The position numbers and the translations under genes are program-made. Below, piece after piece: positions 40,324-51,524 of a stretch of 64,000 bases of DNA (the first letter of the stretch is position 1; every line of letters starts with the position of its first letter). This stretch comes from Candidatus Moraniibacteriota bacterium (GTDB taxonomy: Bacteria > Patescibacteriota > Minisyncoccia > Moranbacterales > UBA1568), in assembly GCA_963778555.1 (NCBI GenBank), contig CAVZUR010000004.1, positions 26,190 to 90,189 of the forward strand, read 5' to 3'. Below the pieces are notes generated by a model. That model was not told where the DNA came from, made no database searches, and saw only the letters and a program-made list of their open reading frames with translations.

Positions 40324-40659
40324 ATGGACCCCGTTCCAGTTTCCCCGTGCGATCACGTCATCGCGGCCTATGCGCGCGCCGCTTTTGTTCGGGTGCTCGA
40401 AGAACATGAACTCTTTGTTCACACGGACCACGTCAGTGTTACGGTAACGGATCAGGGCGCCCTCGCGCTGAAGTACGATGGCCCCCATCTGTCGGCGGTC
40501 GGTGTTTTCCACGGCAATCTCAATGAAAGCACGCTTTTGCTGGGCCAGGTTCAAACCAATGCTTGGCAAGCGAATTTCGGATCCGTCGATAGCTTCAGGG
40601 GCGCCATGCCTGATGGCACGCCTCTGCTCTACGTCGGGAACACTGCCGTGACGCGTTGA
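40324..40659 (+). CDS. Hypothetical protein (accessory unit)
   Basis: GAGGAG SD, TTGACT-N17-TAGGAT promoter at 40221-40249. Confidence 0.6.
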   Translation: MDPVPVSPCDHVIAAYARAAFVRVLEEHELFVHTDHVSVTVTDQGALALKYDGPHLSAVGVFHGNLNESTLLLGQVQTNAWQANFGSVDSFRGAMPDGTPLLYVGNTAVTR

Positions 40660-40851
40660 ATCACTCGCTTCCAACGCCGACCGCAACCCTCGACACAGGC
40701 GCCTGCCACAATAGCAGCGCCTTCATTTTTTGCCCGCTCGTGCGGGTGTGAGCGGCACCCATTTTTTAATAAAAGAAAAGGCGCGCACTCAGGTTTGAGT
40801 GAGCGCCTCTCAGCGATTGCGACATTCCACACTGACGCGATTGAACCCCCT

Positions 40852-42069
40852 TCAGAACTGAAACCCACGGGGAACGACCACGATGCCGCTGTCATCGACC
40901 GTCAAACCTCTCGCCTGATCCGCTTCTAGGTCAAAGCCGATACTCATTCCGTCCGGAATCCGAACATTTTTGTCGACGATGACGCGCTTCAATCGGCAGC
41001 CATGCTTGATCCTGACACCCGTGAACAATACCGACTCTTGGACGGTCGATCCATACACGCGGACTTCGCGACCGAGGACGGAGTTGATGAGATCGGAATC
41101 CTCGATGATGCAGCCGCCGCTCACCACTGAATTCCTGGGCCGACCGCTACGCTCCAAGGTCTCATTGAACTTGGCCGGTGGCAGATTGTCTTGAGCAGAA
41201 CGGATCGGCCAGTTTTTGTTGTAGAGATTGAGCTCTGGCTTGATGCGGACCAGGTCCATATTCGCCTCCCAGAGCGCCTGGAGCGTCCCGACGTCACGCC
41301 AGTAGTGTTCGCTCTGGCCCGAAATGACATTGTCCAGGAAGTTATAGGCATGGAGCGGCACGCCTGCGGCTAGCATCCCCGGGATGATGTCTTTGCCGAA
41401 GTCATGGGAGGTCTCAGGACGCAAAGCGTCGCTCGCGAGCCAATGCGAAAGCTCGGCGAACTGAGCGAAGTAATTGCCCATAGAGACCAGACTCAAGCCC
41501 GGTTGGCCGGGAATCGCTTTCGGCTGGGTTGGCTTTTCTTCGAAGCCGACAATGCGCCAATCGCGATCGACTTCCAGCACGCCGAAGCGGCTGGCCTCAG
41601 CTGTCGGCACCGGCATGACACAGACAGTAAAGATGGATCTGTTTAGCCCGATGGTAGGCATGCATCTGGCTGAAATCCATCGCCAGGATATGGTCGCCGG
41701 CCAGGATGGCGCACGGTGTGGAAATCACCCTCACTCTCGATGATGCCCAGATTCTGATAGACCGCATTGGCCGTTCCCTGATACCACATCGCGCCGTGCA
41801 GCTGCTGCGCCGGAACGGTGCGGACGAAGAACCCATGCATCGCGTTTGAGGGATAATTGTCAGCCAGATGCTCGTTCAGTTCATGCGAGCGGTACTGGGT
41901 CGCGACCAGGATATGATGCAGCCCGGAGTTCAGGCAGTTTGCACATCATGAAATCGATGATGCGGTACTTGGCGGCGGCTTCTACGGCGGGCTTGGTGCA
42001 AAGATCAGTCAACGGAGCAAGTCGTGAGCCGACTCCGCCTGCCAAGATGATAGTAATGACGCTTTTCAC
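40852..42069 (-). CDS. glgC: Glucose-1-phosphate adenylyltransferase (several frameshifts)
   Basis: [13 protein letters not shown]...[41 protein letters not shown], spread over several frames. Confidence 0.92.
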
Positions 42070-42186
42070 GTGACTCTCCTCGAGTGATAATGGAAAATGT
42101 TAAATTACGCCCAGCAATTCTATAACAATTTCATGATTTGTCAAGGCCAATACAATGGCCTCCTGCGTCCGTGCCACCTTGCTAGT

Positions 42187-42426
42187 TCAATCCGGTTGGC
42201 CGTACTTAGTTTCGATCTGAGTCCTCAGCGTATCGATTGCTTCGCGCAGTGCTGCATCCTGCGTCAAAAGGCGAGCGGTATTCAAAGACGCGACAGCTCG
42301 GCGATGGGTGTCAGCATCATAGAAGCCACGTTCAAATTCATCCTCAGCGATACCAAACAGGGTCACAGCATTATCTTTCCCGAGTTCTTGCGCGGCAGCA
42401 TTTTTCGGGGGTGTTTCAGGGTGCAT
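42187..42426 (-). CDS. Hypothetical protein
   Basis: 79-aa helical ORF. Confidence 0.5.
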   Translation of the reverse strand: MHPETPPKNAAAQELGKDNAVTLFGIAEDEFERGFYDADTHRRAVASLNTARLLTQDAALREAIDTLRTQIETKYGQPD

Positions 42427-42540
42427 AAGGCTAACGTGTCAAGTACTTTTTATACTACACCCATTTAGTGAAGTCGAGGGTAAAAAAAAGGACCCCCCGG
42501 ACGGATATTCGTCAAGGGGTGATTCAAGGTCGAGATTCAA

Positions 42541-42864
42541 TTAGCGCCGAACCGTGCAGTCGAGTTGGCGCTCGCGGCACCAAATCACCAGGCTATCGAC
42601 GACTTTGTTTCGGTCGGTAGCACTCACATAGAGTTCTTGCTTGGCGGGCGGATGCTGCACGCTGAGGCGCAGATTGAATTGGTCATGGCTCACGATGAGC
42701 TTGCGCGTCTTGCAGCCGCAGTTGGCATCGATGATGCCAAGACTCACTTTCGTGACCAGGCCGCTCTTATTGAGCATCAGGGCGATGTCGTCGGCCAGGC
42801 CGATAGTCGTCGTGTGGGAACGGGAAATGTACTTTCCCGTGGTATGACCACCTTTGTGTGCCAT
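42541..42864 (-). CDS. DUF2103-like predicted metal-binding protein
   Basis: SHTTTIG...VTKVSLGII...QELYV pattern, GAGGAG SD. Confidence 0.7.
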   Translation of the reverse strand: MAHKGGHTTGKYISRSHTTTIGLADDIALMLNKSGLVTKVSLGIIDANCGCKTRKLIVSHDQFNLRLSVQHPPAKQELYVSATDRNKVVDSLVIWCRERQLDCTVRR

Positions 42865-43043
42865 GGTTGTTCTCCTCGTTTATACTTTCAAGAAACCATG
42901 TAAGTATAGCACTTTTCAGCACTCTTGTCTAGAGTCACTGCCATCGCTTGGCATAACTGATAGGCCACGATAGCAATCGATAATTGACAATCAGCTACGA
43001 CTCCCGTATAACGGACCTACCTTTAACAATAGAGGAGATCAGC

Positions 43044-43472
43044 ATGCGTCGTCATATTGACTTAGTGTGGGAAGCACGGTGGCTCTCGCTGCGCGTACTC
43101 GACCGCATGCGGCGTCTACTGGGGATCCGACAGGGCATGGTCGCCTTCCTCCAGCGGCACCTGCGGGTGAGAATCCTCACCGCCGAACAGCTCAAACACG
43201 TCCAAATTCTCTCCCGAGAGGACGTCCTCCTGAATCTGCTCAAGCCGAACCCATACACCGGCCGGCACCAACCGCCCTATCGTGATGCATTTCTGGTCGT
43301 GGCCGCTGCTAAGAATTTCGGTATTCCCGAAAGCGTCGCATATCGGACACTGAAGGCTATGGCTGCGGCCAGACTCATCACTGGTCGTGTCTCGTCTGAC
43401 GGGCAGATGAACTTTCAGCAATACGCGGTGGGACATTGGGTAGACCCGCCACGTTCCAGTCGAACGAACTGA
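43044..43472 (+). CDS. Hypothetical protein with possible C-terminal winged HTH
   Basis: GAGGAG SD, AAKNFGIPESVAYRTLKAMAAARLI. Confidence 0.6.
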   Translation: MRRHIDLVWEARWLSLRVLDRMRRLLGIRQGMVAFLQRHLRVRILTAEQLKHVQILSREDVLLNLLKPNPYTGRHQPPYRDAFLVVAAAKNFGIPESVAYRTLKAMAAARLITGRVSSDGQMNFQQYAVGHWVDPPRSSRTN

Positions 43473-43510
43473 CAGTCGCCACTCAATCGGAAACCAAAAG
43501 GAGATTCCGC

Positions 43511-43840
43511 ATGCTCGACCCTACTCGTATCGCTGCCATTGTCGAGGTCCAAGCGGCAGCCTTGCTCAAAGCCAAAGAATTGGCGCGTCGAAAGCCAAGA
43601 CATGAGCTGCTGAGGTATGCGCGCGATTCTGATGACGAGACGGTGTGGGCGCAGTTCGTGGAACGTTTCGGCCACACGAAGCTGTCTCAGAGCCGACCGT
43701 TGAGCTACTCGGCGCTCAGCACCTTGTATGCAGAGTACGCGTTCGCGCTCTACGATGCGTGCGAGGCAGCGGATGGACCAGTCATCTGTCATGGTCCGTC
43801 CGTCGAGGCGAACCTTGATCCCGCCGATGTCTGCTACTGA
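43511..43840 (+). CDS. Hypothetical protein
   Basis: AAGGAG SD, 109 aa. Confidence 0.6.
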   Translation: MLDPTRIAAIVEVQAAALLKAKELARRKPRHELLRYARDSDDETVWAQFVERFGHTKLSQSRPLSYSALSTLYAEYAFALYDACEAADGPVICHGPSVEANLDPADVCY

Positions 43841-43857
43841 TATCGAAAGGAACCGCG

Positions 43858-44142
43858 ATGCCAGCGACCACACCGTCCGGACTGTTTTTCGAGTTCCACG
43901 CGCTCTATGGCGATCTCTACCGGATCTATAGCGCCGGAGACGATCTGCGGGCCAAGCGTTGGGACCATGAGCTCTTTCGCTATCTGCAGTCACCTCAAGA
44001 TGTGAGCCTGGGGTACGAATTCCTACAGCGTTTTGCGGGGTATGTCGGGACTGATCCCCCGCTCTCTGTCATCCGTCTCGCTTGCCAGCGCTACCATGCC
44101 GCGCTCCGCCAGGCTGAGCAGTCACTCCCCTTTGTAGAGTGA
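43858..44142 (+). CDS. Hypothetical protein
   Basis: GAAAGGA SD, 94 aa, terminator at about 44167-44203. Confidence 0.6.
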   Translation: MPATTPSGLFFEFHALYGDLYRIYSAGDDLRAKRWDHELFRYLQSPQDVSLGYEFLQRFAGYVGTDPPLSVIRLACQRYHAALRQAEQSLPFVE

Positions 44143-44241
44143 AGCCATGCCGCGCTATCTACGCTTGCCGCCTGTCGTAACACGAATGGTGGCTTTCTTT
44201 TTTCCGATGCAAGCTGTCGATCTTCGCTTCGAATGTCCCTG

Positions 44242-44661
44242 CTAGCAGTATTTCTTCTTCATATCTGCGACCGAACGCTTGATGAGCTTCGTCAGAACTT
44301 TCGTATCGATATCAGACAGCCGTTTGATATAGAGACAAGACACGCTCGTCTTGTATGTACCCAAGTTCCGCATCAGATCCCCGTACGTCTCGAAACCGGG
44401 CATGATGTAGACGGTCAGATTGGCTTTGTGCGGTGAGAACCCCGTCAGCGGCCAGTCGCCTTTCTGCTCGCTCCGCTCGGACTCATAGTGATACTGGCCA
44501 TAGCCGACGATCGCCTCGCCCCACAGTTTCGGCTTCTCCCCGGTCGCGGCGGCAAACAGCTTCAACAGCGCCAGACTGTCGGCACGCTTCTCTTTGTCCT
44601 CGATCGCTTTTATGAAGGCTGCCGGACTCGCCTTCGTCACCTTGGTCTTCAGTTCCGCCAT
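44242..44661 (-). CDS. DUF1801 (YdhG-like) domain protein
   Basis: WGEAIVGYGQYHY, GFSPHK, LGTYKTSVSCLYIKRLSDID. Confidence 0.9.
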   Translation of the reverse strand: MAELKTKVTKASPAAFIKAIEDKEKRADSLALLKLFAAATGEKPKLWGEAIVGYGQYHYESERSEQKGDWPLTGFSPHKANLTVYIMPGFETYGDLMRNLGTYKTSVSCLYIKRLSDIDTKVLTKLIKRSVADMKKKYC

Positions 44662-44676
44662 AGCATTCAAAGAGCG

Positions 44677-44844
44677 TTAGCTCCCGATGACACCACTCAC
44701 GTATTGGCCGATATAGTACGGCCAAAGGAGGACGGCGAGAACACCCTGCCAGAAGGACAAGCCCAGGAAACCGATAGTGAACAGCCACCCGGCACACCAT
44801 GAGAATGCTGTGAAGCTATGGTTCTCCACTTTCACCTTTTCCAT
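44677..44844 (-). CDS. Small conserved membrane protein
   Basis: WCAGWLFTIGFLGLSFWQGVLAVLLWPYYIG. Confidence 0.7.
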   Translation of the reverse strand: MEKVKVENHSFTAFSWCAGWLFTIGFLGLSFWQGVLAVLLWPYYIGQYVSGVIGS

Positions 44845-44919
44845 AGGCGTTTGCTTACTGATTAAGAGACTTTTCAACACCGCTATCATACCATGACTTT
44901 TCCCCGAAGTGTCTTAGTA

Positions 44920-45207
44920 TTACTGCGCGTCAAAGCCGATCGGTGCGGTGGTCGGTGCATCACTCGATTTGATCGGACCCAATTGCTTCTCGTATTTCGC
45001 CAGATTGTCAGCGAGCGTGGCGACCATGCGTTTCATATGGCCGGGCGAGACGATGACGCGGGCATTCAGGCTACCCGCCGGTGGAAACACATTCAGGAAG
45101 TCCATCACAAATTCCTCACCGGTATGTGAGATATGGGCCATATTGGAATAGACTCCCTTCAAGACCTCGTCTGTGGCTTTAATCTGGATTTGCTTTTGTT
45201 CGTTCAT
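44920..45207 (-). CDS. DUF3467 family protein
   Basis: GVYSNMAHISH...EEFVMDF...ARVIVSPGHMKR. Confidence 0.88.
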   Translation of the reverse strand: MNEQKQIQIKATDEVLKGVYSNMAHISHTGEEFVMDFLNVFPPAGSLNARVIVSPGHMKRMVATLADNLAKYEKQLGPIKSSDAPTTAPIGFDAQ

Positions 45208-45258
45208 AATATCTTGATGATTACTCTTGAAAGATGTGAATTAAGACATACATTAAAA

Positions 45259-45841
45259 TTACTGCGGATTTGGTAACGGCGTGGCAAGATTCCTTTTCTG
45301 TTTTATCCAAGCCACTCCACCGATAAACAATAGTAGAAAGAAAGATGCAGTAAAGAGGCTTTTCGAAATTGAAAAAAGATTTGTCAGTTGGGCGAGGGCA
45401 GCAGAAAAATCAGGGTACTCCGAGAGCATCATGCTGATACCAACATTCTCCAGATAATCGAACAGTCCGCCAAACATCGGCACCACACTCAACCTCTGCA
45501 CCTTACTCTCCGGCGGGAGACCCTTCTTGAATACGAGGGCCAAGAGAAAGAGAATATGTGACGGCAAAAAGTAATGGATAGACCATATCCAGCGGAATCT
45601 GTCTCCAGAGATAGGCCTCTCTCCCCTCTTGCCCCAGTGTATCGAGTAGTCGTCTCGCATATTCCGGGCTATACCCAGTCGGTTGCATATCCAGTATCTT
45701 CATCCCACCCGAATGCTCCATCACATCTGGGATGGTCACATACAGCATCGTAAAATAGACCGCTTGGGTGAGGAGAAACAAGGTAAAGACAATTTTCCCT
45801 GAAGAGTATTCTTTGAGCCAACGATAGAATTTATTCATCAT
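45259..45841 (-). CDS. Hypothetical membrane protein (frameshifted near 45550)
   Basis: LDMQPTGYSPE...GQEGREAY...LDMVYP, then FDYLEN...SISK in another frame. Confidence 0.7.
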
Positions 45842-45842
45842 G

Positions 45843-45865
45843 GCCTATTCGCTCGAATGAGAGAC
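45843..45865 (+). repeat. 23-bp direct repeat, copy 1 (GCCTATTCGCTCGAATGAGAGAC)
   Basis: Identical to 46993-47015. Confidence 0.9.
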
Positions 45866-45881
45866 TACCAAACCGCTAGGG

Positions 45882-46142
45882 CTAAAGGGCATCAATAATG
45901 TTCTGGATACCGGGAGTCAGTTTAGCACCGGAACGATAGTACACCGCCGTGTTGATCTGCTGTTTCTCGATGAGGTCGGCCATATACAAGATGCGCAGGT
46001 GTTTCGATGTGGCTTTGAACGACAGCTTGATACTACGAGCGATATCCCCTACCGAAGCCGAGGTCCGAGCTCGAAGCAGCTTCAGCATCGCGAGTCGGCG
46101 CGCATTGGCCAGAGCCTTTAACTGTTTCTCAAGTTCCTTCAT
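45882..46142 (-). CDS. ArsR/SmtB family transcriptional regulator
   Basis: LKALANARRLAML, SVGDIA, ATSKHLRIL. Confidence 0.92.
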   Translation of the reverse strand: MKELEKQLKALANARRLAMLKLLRARTSASVGDIARSIKLSFKATSKHLRILYMADLIEKQQINTAVYYRSGAKLTPGIQNIIDAL

Positions 46143-46193
46143 AGGCGAATCCTCATTCTTTCCTCTACCCTAGCATGCTCGATCTATATTCGC

Positions 46194-46214
46194 CAATTCG
46201 AGCGAATTAGAGAC
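46194..46214 (+). repeat. Degenerate third copy (CAATTCGAGCGAATTAGAGAC)
   Basis: Same ATTCG-N2-CGAAT core and AGAGAC flank, with central dinucleotide AG instead of CT. Confidence 0.75.
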
Positions 46215-46390
46215 CGCGATATCAGTTTAATTTATGGGTATTGTCTTGAGTATATAGAGGGTTAAGGATGACTCACCCGGGTCCGAATCCGTGTTGCCCG
46301 CCCGTCCAAAGGGATTGACAATTTTTCGAGATTGCTGACATTATACTACCAATCAGCAAGAACCCTTGCTGAAACAACCTGGAGAAACTC

Positions 46391-46876
46391 GTGAACTCTG
46401 CATGGTCTGTAAGTGTTGTCTGTCACAAAATCACTGTCAAAGAGACGCTGGCGGGGGCAGCTCTTGTCGATATTAATCGACTCATGTCCCAGTTGACCAC
46501 GAAGTGCGCTGGTCTCAATCCGGACGACCTGGAACAAATCATCAGTCAAGGTCGCTACCTCTTTGTGAAGCAACAAGGTACGATCATCGGAGTCACCACA
46601 CTGTTCCTTTCTTACAAGTCAACTGGATGGTTTGCGGAGATCCATGACGTGGTTGTGGAAAATGCGTTCCGGGGACAGGGTATCGGACGCGTCCTGATAG
46701 AACAGGCTATCACTTCGGCGAGGCAAGCTGGAGCCAAATACATTGAATTGACATCGAATCCCAGTCGCAAAGCCGCGAATAAACTGTATCGGTCGCTGGG
46801 CTTCATTTGTATCGCGAGAGCCAACCCGACGAAAAAAGGCGGCAAGGGTACGAATCTCTACCGCCTCACGCTTTGA
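46391..46876 (+). CDS. GNAT family acetyltransferase
   Basis: IHDVVVENAFRGQGIG, LTSNPSRKAANKLYRSLGF. Confidence 0.92.
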   Translation: MNSAWSVSVVCHKITVKETLAGAALVDINRLMSQLTTKCAGLNPDDLEQIISQGRYLFVKQQGTIIGVTTLFLSYKSTGWFAEIHDVVVENAFRGQGIGRVLIEQAITSARQAGAKYIELTSNPSRKAANKLYRSLGFICIARANPTKKGGKGTNLYRLTL

Positions 46877-46992
46877 ACAATCTCACCCGCGGCGACTCCC
46901 GTACTCCGACCGACCCCAACACTGGAGGTCGGTCACATCATTTCTCCTCGGTATGCGACATGCAGTTGATGAATTGCATATGATTCTTAATC

Positions 46993-47015
46993 GCCTATTC
47001 GCTCGAATGAGAGAC
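46993..47015 (+). repeat. 23-bp direct repeat, copy 2
   Basis: Identical to 45843-45865. Confidence 0.9.
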
Positions 47016-47135
47016 ATATGGATACTACTGTCGGGGTCTTATGATTTGCCTTGATCTGAATCTGTGCTGCCTGCCCGCCCGAAGCCTTGGCGAAAGAGGG
47101 TTGTGCTCAGGGTTATAATTTCTTTTCTGATATAT

Positions 47136-47828
47136 CTAGCTTTCTGAAACCAGCAGAATCTTACAAAGGTCATTGTAGAATTTTGATGCGGATTCTATAG
47201 AGGCGAGCTTTTAAGCTAAGGGATTTTGCTAAGGTTACATCATCTCTTTTCTTGAAATACTTAACGTCTGAATCTGAAAAAGATCGACTCATTGCGCTGC
47301 CATGTACTAAGATATTCCTCCTGTGATATAACCAGTCGGCATATCCCGGTACGGAATTTGGGATTGTCGCGTGTTTGAATACCTTATTTTTTTCCAATAT
47401 GAACCAGTGTTTGGATTAACTCTCGGTCGATTTGAGTCGCTGTCAGGCCAGCTGTAGCATTTTGCAAGAAGGTCACTCAATTTTTTTCGATGACTTAGTG
47501 AAAGGTAGTTTAGCGACAATTCCCTTTTTAATCTTTCAAGTACGGCCTCCTTTGGTTCATTTGAGAGTAGTAGCTTAAAAAGATCACCCTGAGTTATAGG
47601 TTCATCAAGCTTGTTTAGTATTGAGCGTCTAAAGTCTGAATCATCCGTTGCATAAGAGACAATCAAAGAGTCTACCATTGAATCAAAGCGGTTCACAACA
47701 TCAACAAAAACCAGCTTCTGTAGATGCCTCCTATTCTTATCAGGGACACCCTTAAGCTCTTTAATGGCAGACGTGATGTCTTCGTTGAGATATGATACGA
47801 AGTTCGATATTTCGTCAGAGCGGTTCAT
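47136..47828 (-). CDS. AT-rich hypothetical protein with an Rx4H (HEPN-like) motif, two probable frameshifts
   Basis: MNRSDEISNF...; after a frame change near 47400, YHRRNILVHG; after a second change near 47210, LASIESASKFYNDLCKIL. Confidence 0.6.
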
Positions 47829-47837
47829 AAAATTGAG

Positions 47838-47857
47838 GCGGGGCACTAAGGCCCCGC
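47838..47857 (-). terminator. GC-rich hairpin after the dnaK-like tail
   Basis: GCGGGGC-CTTAGT-GCCCCGC followed by CTCAATTTT on the minus strand. Confidence 0.55.
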
Positions 47858-47863
47858 TAATCA

Positions 47864-48905
47864 TTACTTCTTTTCTTCCTCTTTCGGTGCCTCTTCGGCT
47901 GGCTTCTCTTCAACTTCAGCATCTTTCGGCGCGTCAGTCACGACAGCTAGCGCTGGCGCTATTTCGGCCACTTTCGATGCGGCAGAGGCATCAGCAGTAG
48001 CGATCTTTACCGGGGCCGGGAGTTTCTTGCCTCTTGACAGGCTCAGTGCCTGCGGATTTCGTGAAGTTCAGGATCGCCATGCCGAACAAGACGAGAGTAA
48101 AGAGGAGTGGGATGCCACGATGACCACCGAGAGGAGCAGTGGCGACAAATGGCGCTGGGAGGAGGTAGAGAGTCGAGAGATAGGCTCGGCCATACGTGAG
48201 CCGTTCCCCGGAGATGGGCCGCCAGCCACACGACGAGGGCTCCTAGGAGGGAATAGACCAGGTAGCCGATCCAGAGGCCGAAATACATGAGAAGCGGGAG
48301 CGTATACATGAGGAGGAGGGTCCCCGTCTGGATGAGTGAGCCGCTTCGCCCCACCCAATAATTGACCGTGGCGCTCGTGACTTCGAACTTCTTGTCCATG
48401 CGCGCTTCGGAGAGAGCATAGATGCGAGTCTCGCCCCGACCAGGCTTATGGAAGCCGATCTCGGTTTCACTGGCAAGGACGAGGGTGTCGCGGTCATAAA
48501 GGCCTGGGTGGAGAGGGTGGCATCGCGATCGATCACGATGAGATTGGTCGGCCACTTTTCCCGATCTCGGTCACGGTTCTGTTTCTTGGATTTCGACTGA
48601 TGCTCCCACTCAGTGGGAAAGGGAATCACCACGGGACCGGCTTGATTGGTCAGGAGGCGGCCCTGGTCGAAGGTGAGGACGAGATCATCGGGGTACATGG
48701 CTTCGATGGCAGTCGCTTGTTTCTGCCACAAGTTGGACTCGAAGTAACGGTTCACGCCCCAGAGCGCCGGGATGACGATGAGAGAGAAACCAATAACGAG
48801 CGCGAGAATCGAGAGGGAGTAGAACTGAAAGGCCTGACCCCCGGTAAAGCGTTGATCCCGGAAAAAGTCCGGACGGTAAAAAATGGCTTTAAGTCGTTCG
48901 AGCAT
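47864..48905 (-). CDS. DUF1189-like membrane protein (several frameshifts) ending in a DnaK-like acidic tail
   Basis: FYRPDFF...TM...YPDDLVLTFDQGRL...LIVID...TM helices; the last frame ends TDAPKDAEVEEKPAEEAPKEEEKK. Confidence 0.65.
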
Positions 48906-49016
48906 ATGGGTGAGTGGTTAGGGGTTAGTTACTAGAGGTTAGGGGTGAGAAAAGTGCACTTATAAAACTCATCCGAAGAGAAAGGCAGGGAACGTCCCCT
49001 GCCTCTATCCTACTCT

Positions 49017-50969
<1,953 letters not shown>

Positions 50970-51064
50970 TTATATTAATTACTCTTGAACGGCTTTCTTT
51001 GTCCGAGCGAACCTCGCTCATGAGCCACCCCACGACGTGTGGGGCGGCCGAGCGCGAGGCTCGG

Positions 51065-51478
51065 TTACTTCGCGTCCGAGACCTGAACGGCGATCTTCTT
51101 CGGCTTCACGGATTCCTCCTTGGGCATCGTGATGGTGAGAACGCCCTTATCGTACTTGGCTTGGGCGTCATTCCCTTTCACGGCCATCGGGAGGACAACC
51201 GAGCGCGAGAAGCTGCCCGTGCGGACTTCCTTGCGATAATAGTCCTCACGCTTCACTTCCGATTTGCTCTCGGTCGATCCGGTTACGGTCAGGACATCGT
51301 TTTCGATAGTGATGTCGACCCGACTCGGATCGATCCCGGGGAGCGCGAGTTCGGTCACGACGCTGTCTTTGTCCTGATAGACATCAAGCGCTGGATAGAA
51401 ATCGCTCTGTCCGAGGAACTCATCACCGAAGAATCGGCTGAGCTCCTGGGCTGGGAATGGTATGAGATGGCGTGTCAT
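51065..51478 (-). CDS. Small heat shock protein (Hsp20/alpha-crystallin)
   Basis: PALDVYQ, LPGIDP, YYRKEVRTGSFSR, AKYDKGVLTITMPK. Confidence 0.95.
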   Translation of the reverse strand: MTRHLIPFPAQELSRFFGDEFLGQSDFYPALDVYQDKDSVVTELALPGIDPSRVDITIENDVLTVTGSTESKSEVKREDYYRKEVRTGSFSRSVVLPMAVKGNDAQAKYDKGVLTITMPKEESVKPKKIAVQVSDAK

Positions 51479-51524
51479 ATGTTCTCACCTCCTTTCTTGA
51501 TTCGTATATTCTTGCACCATTTCT

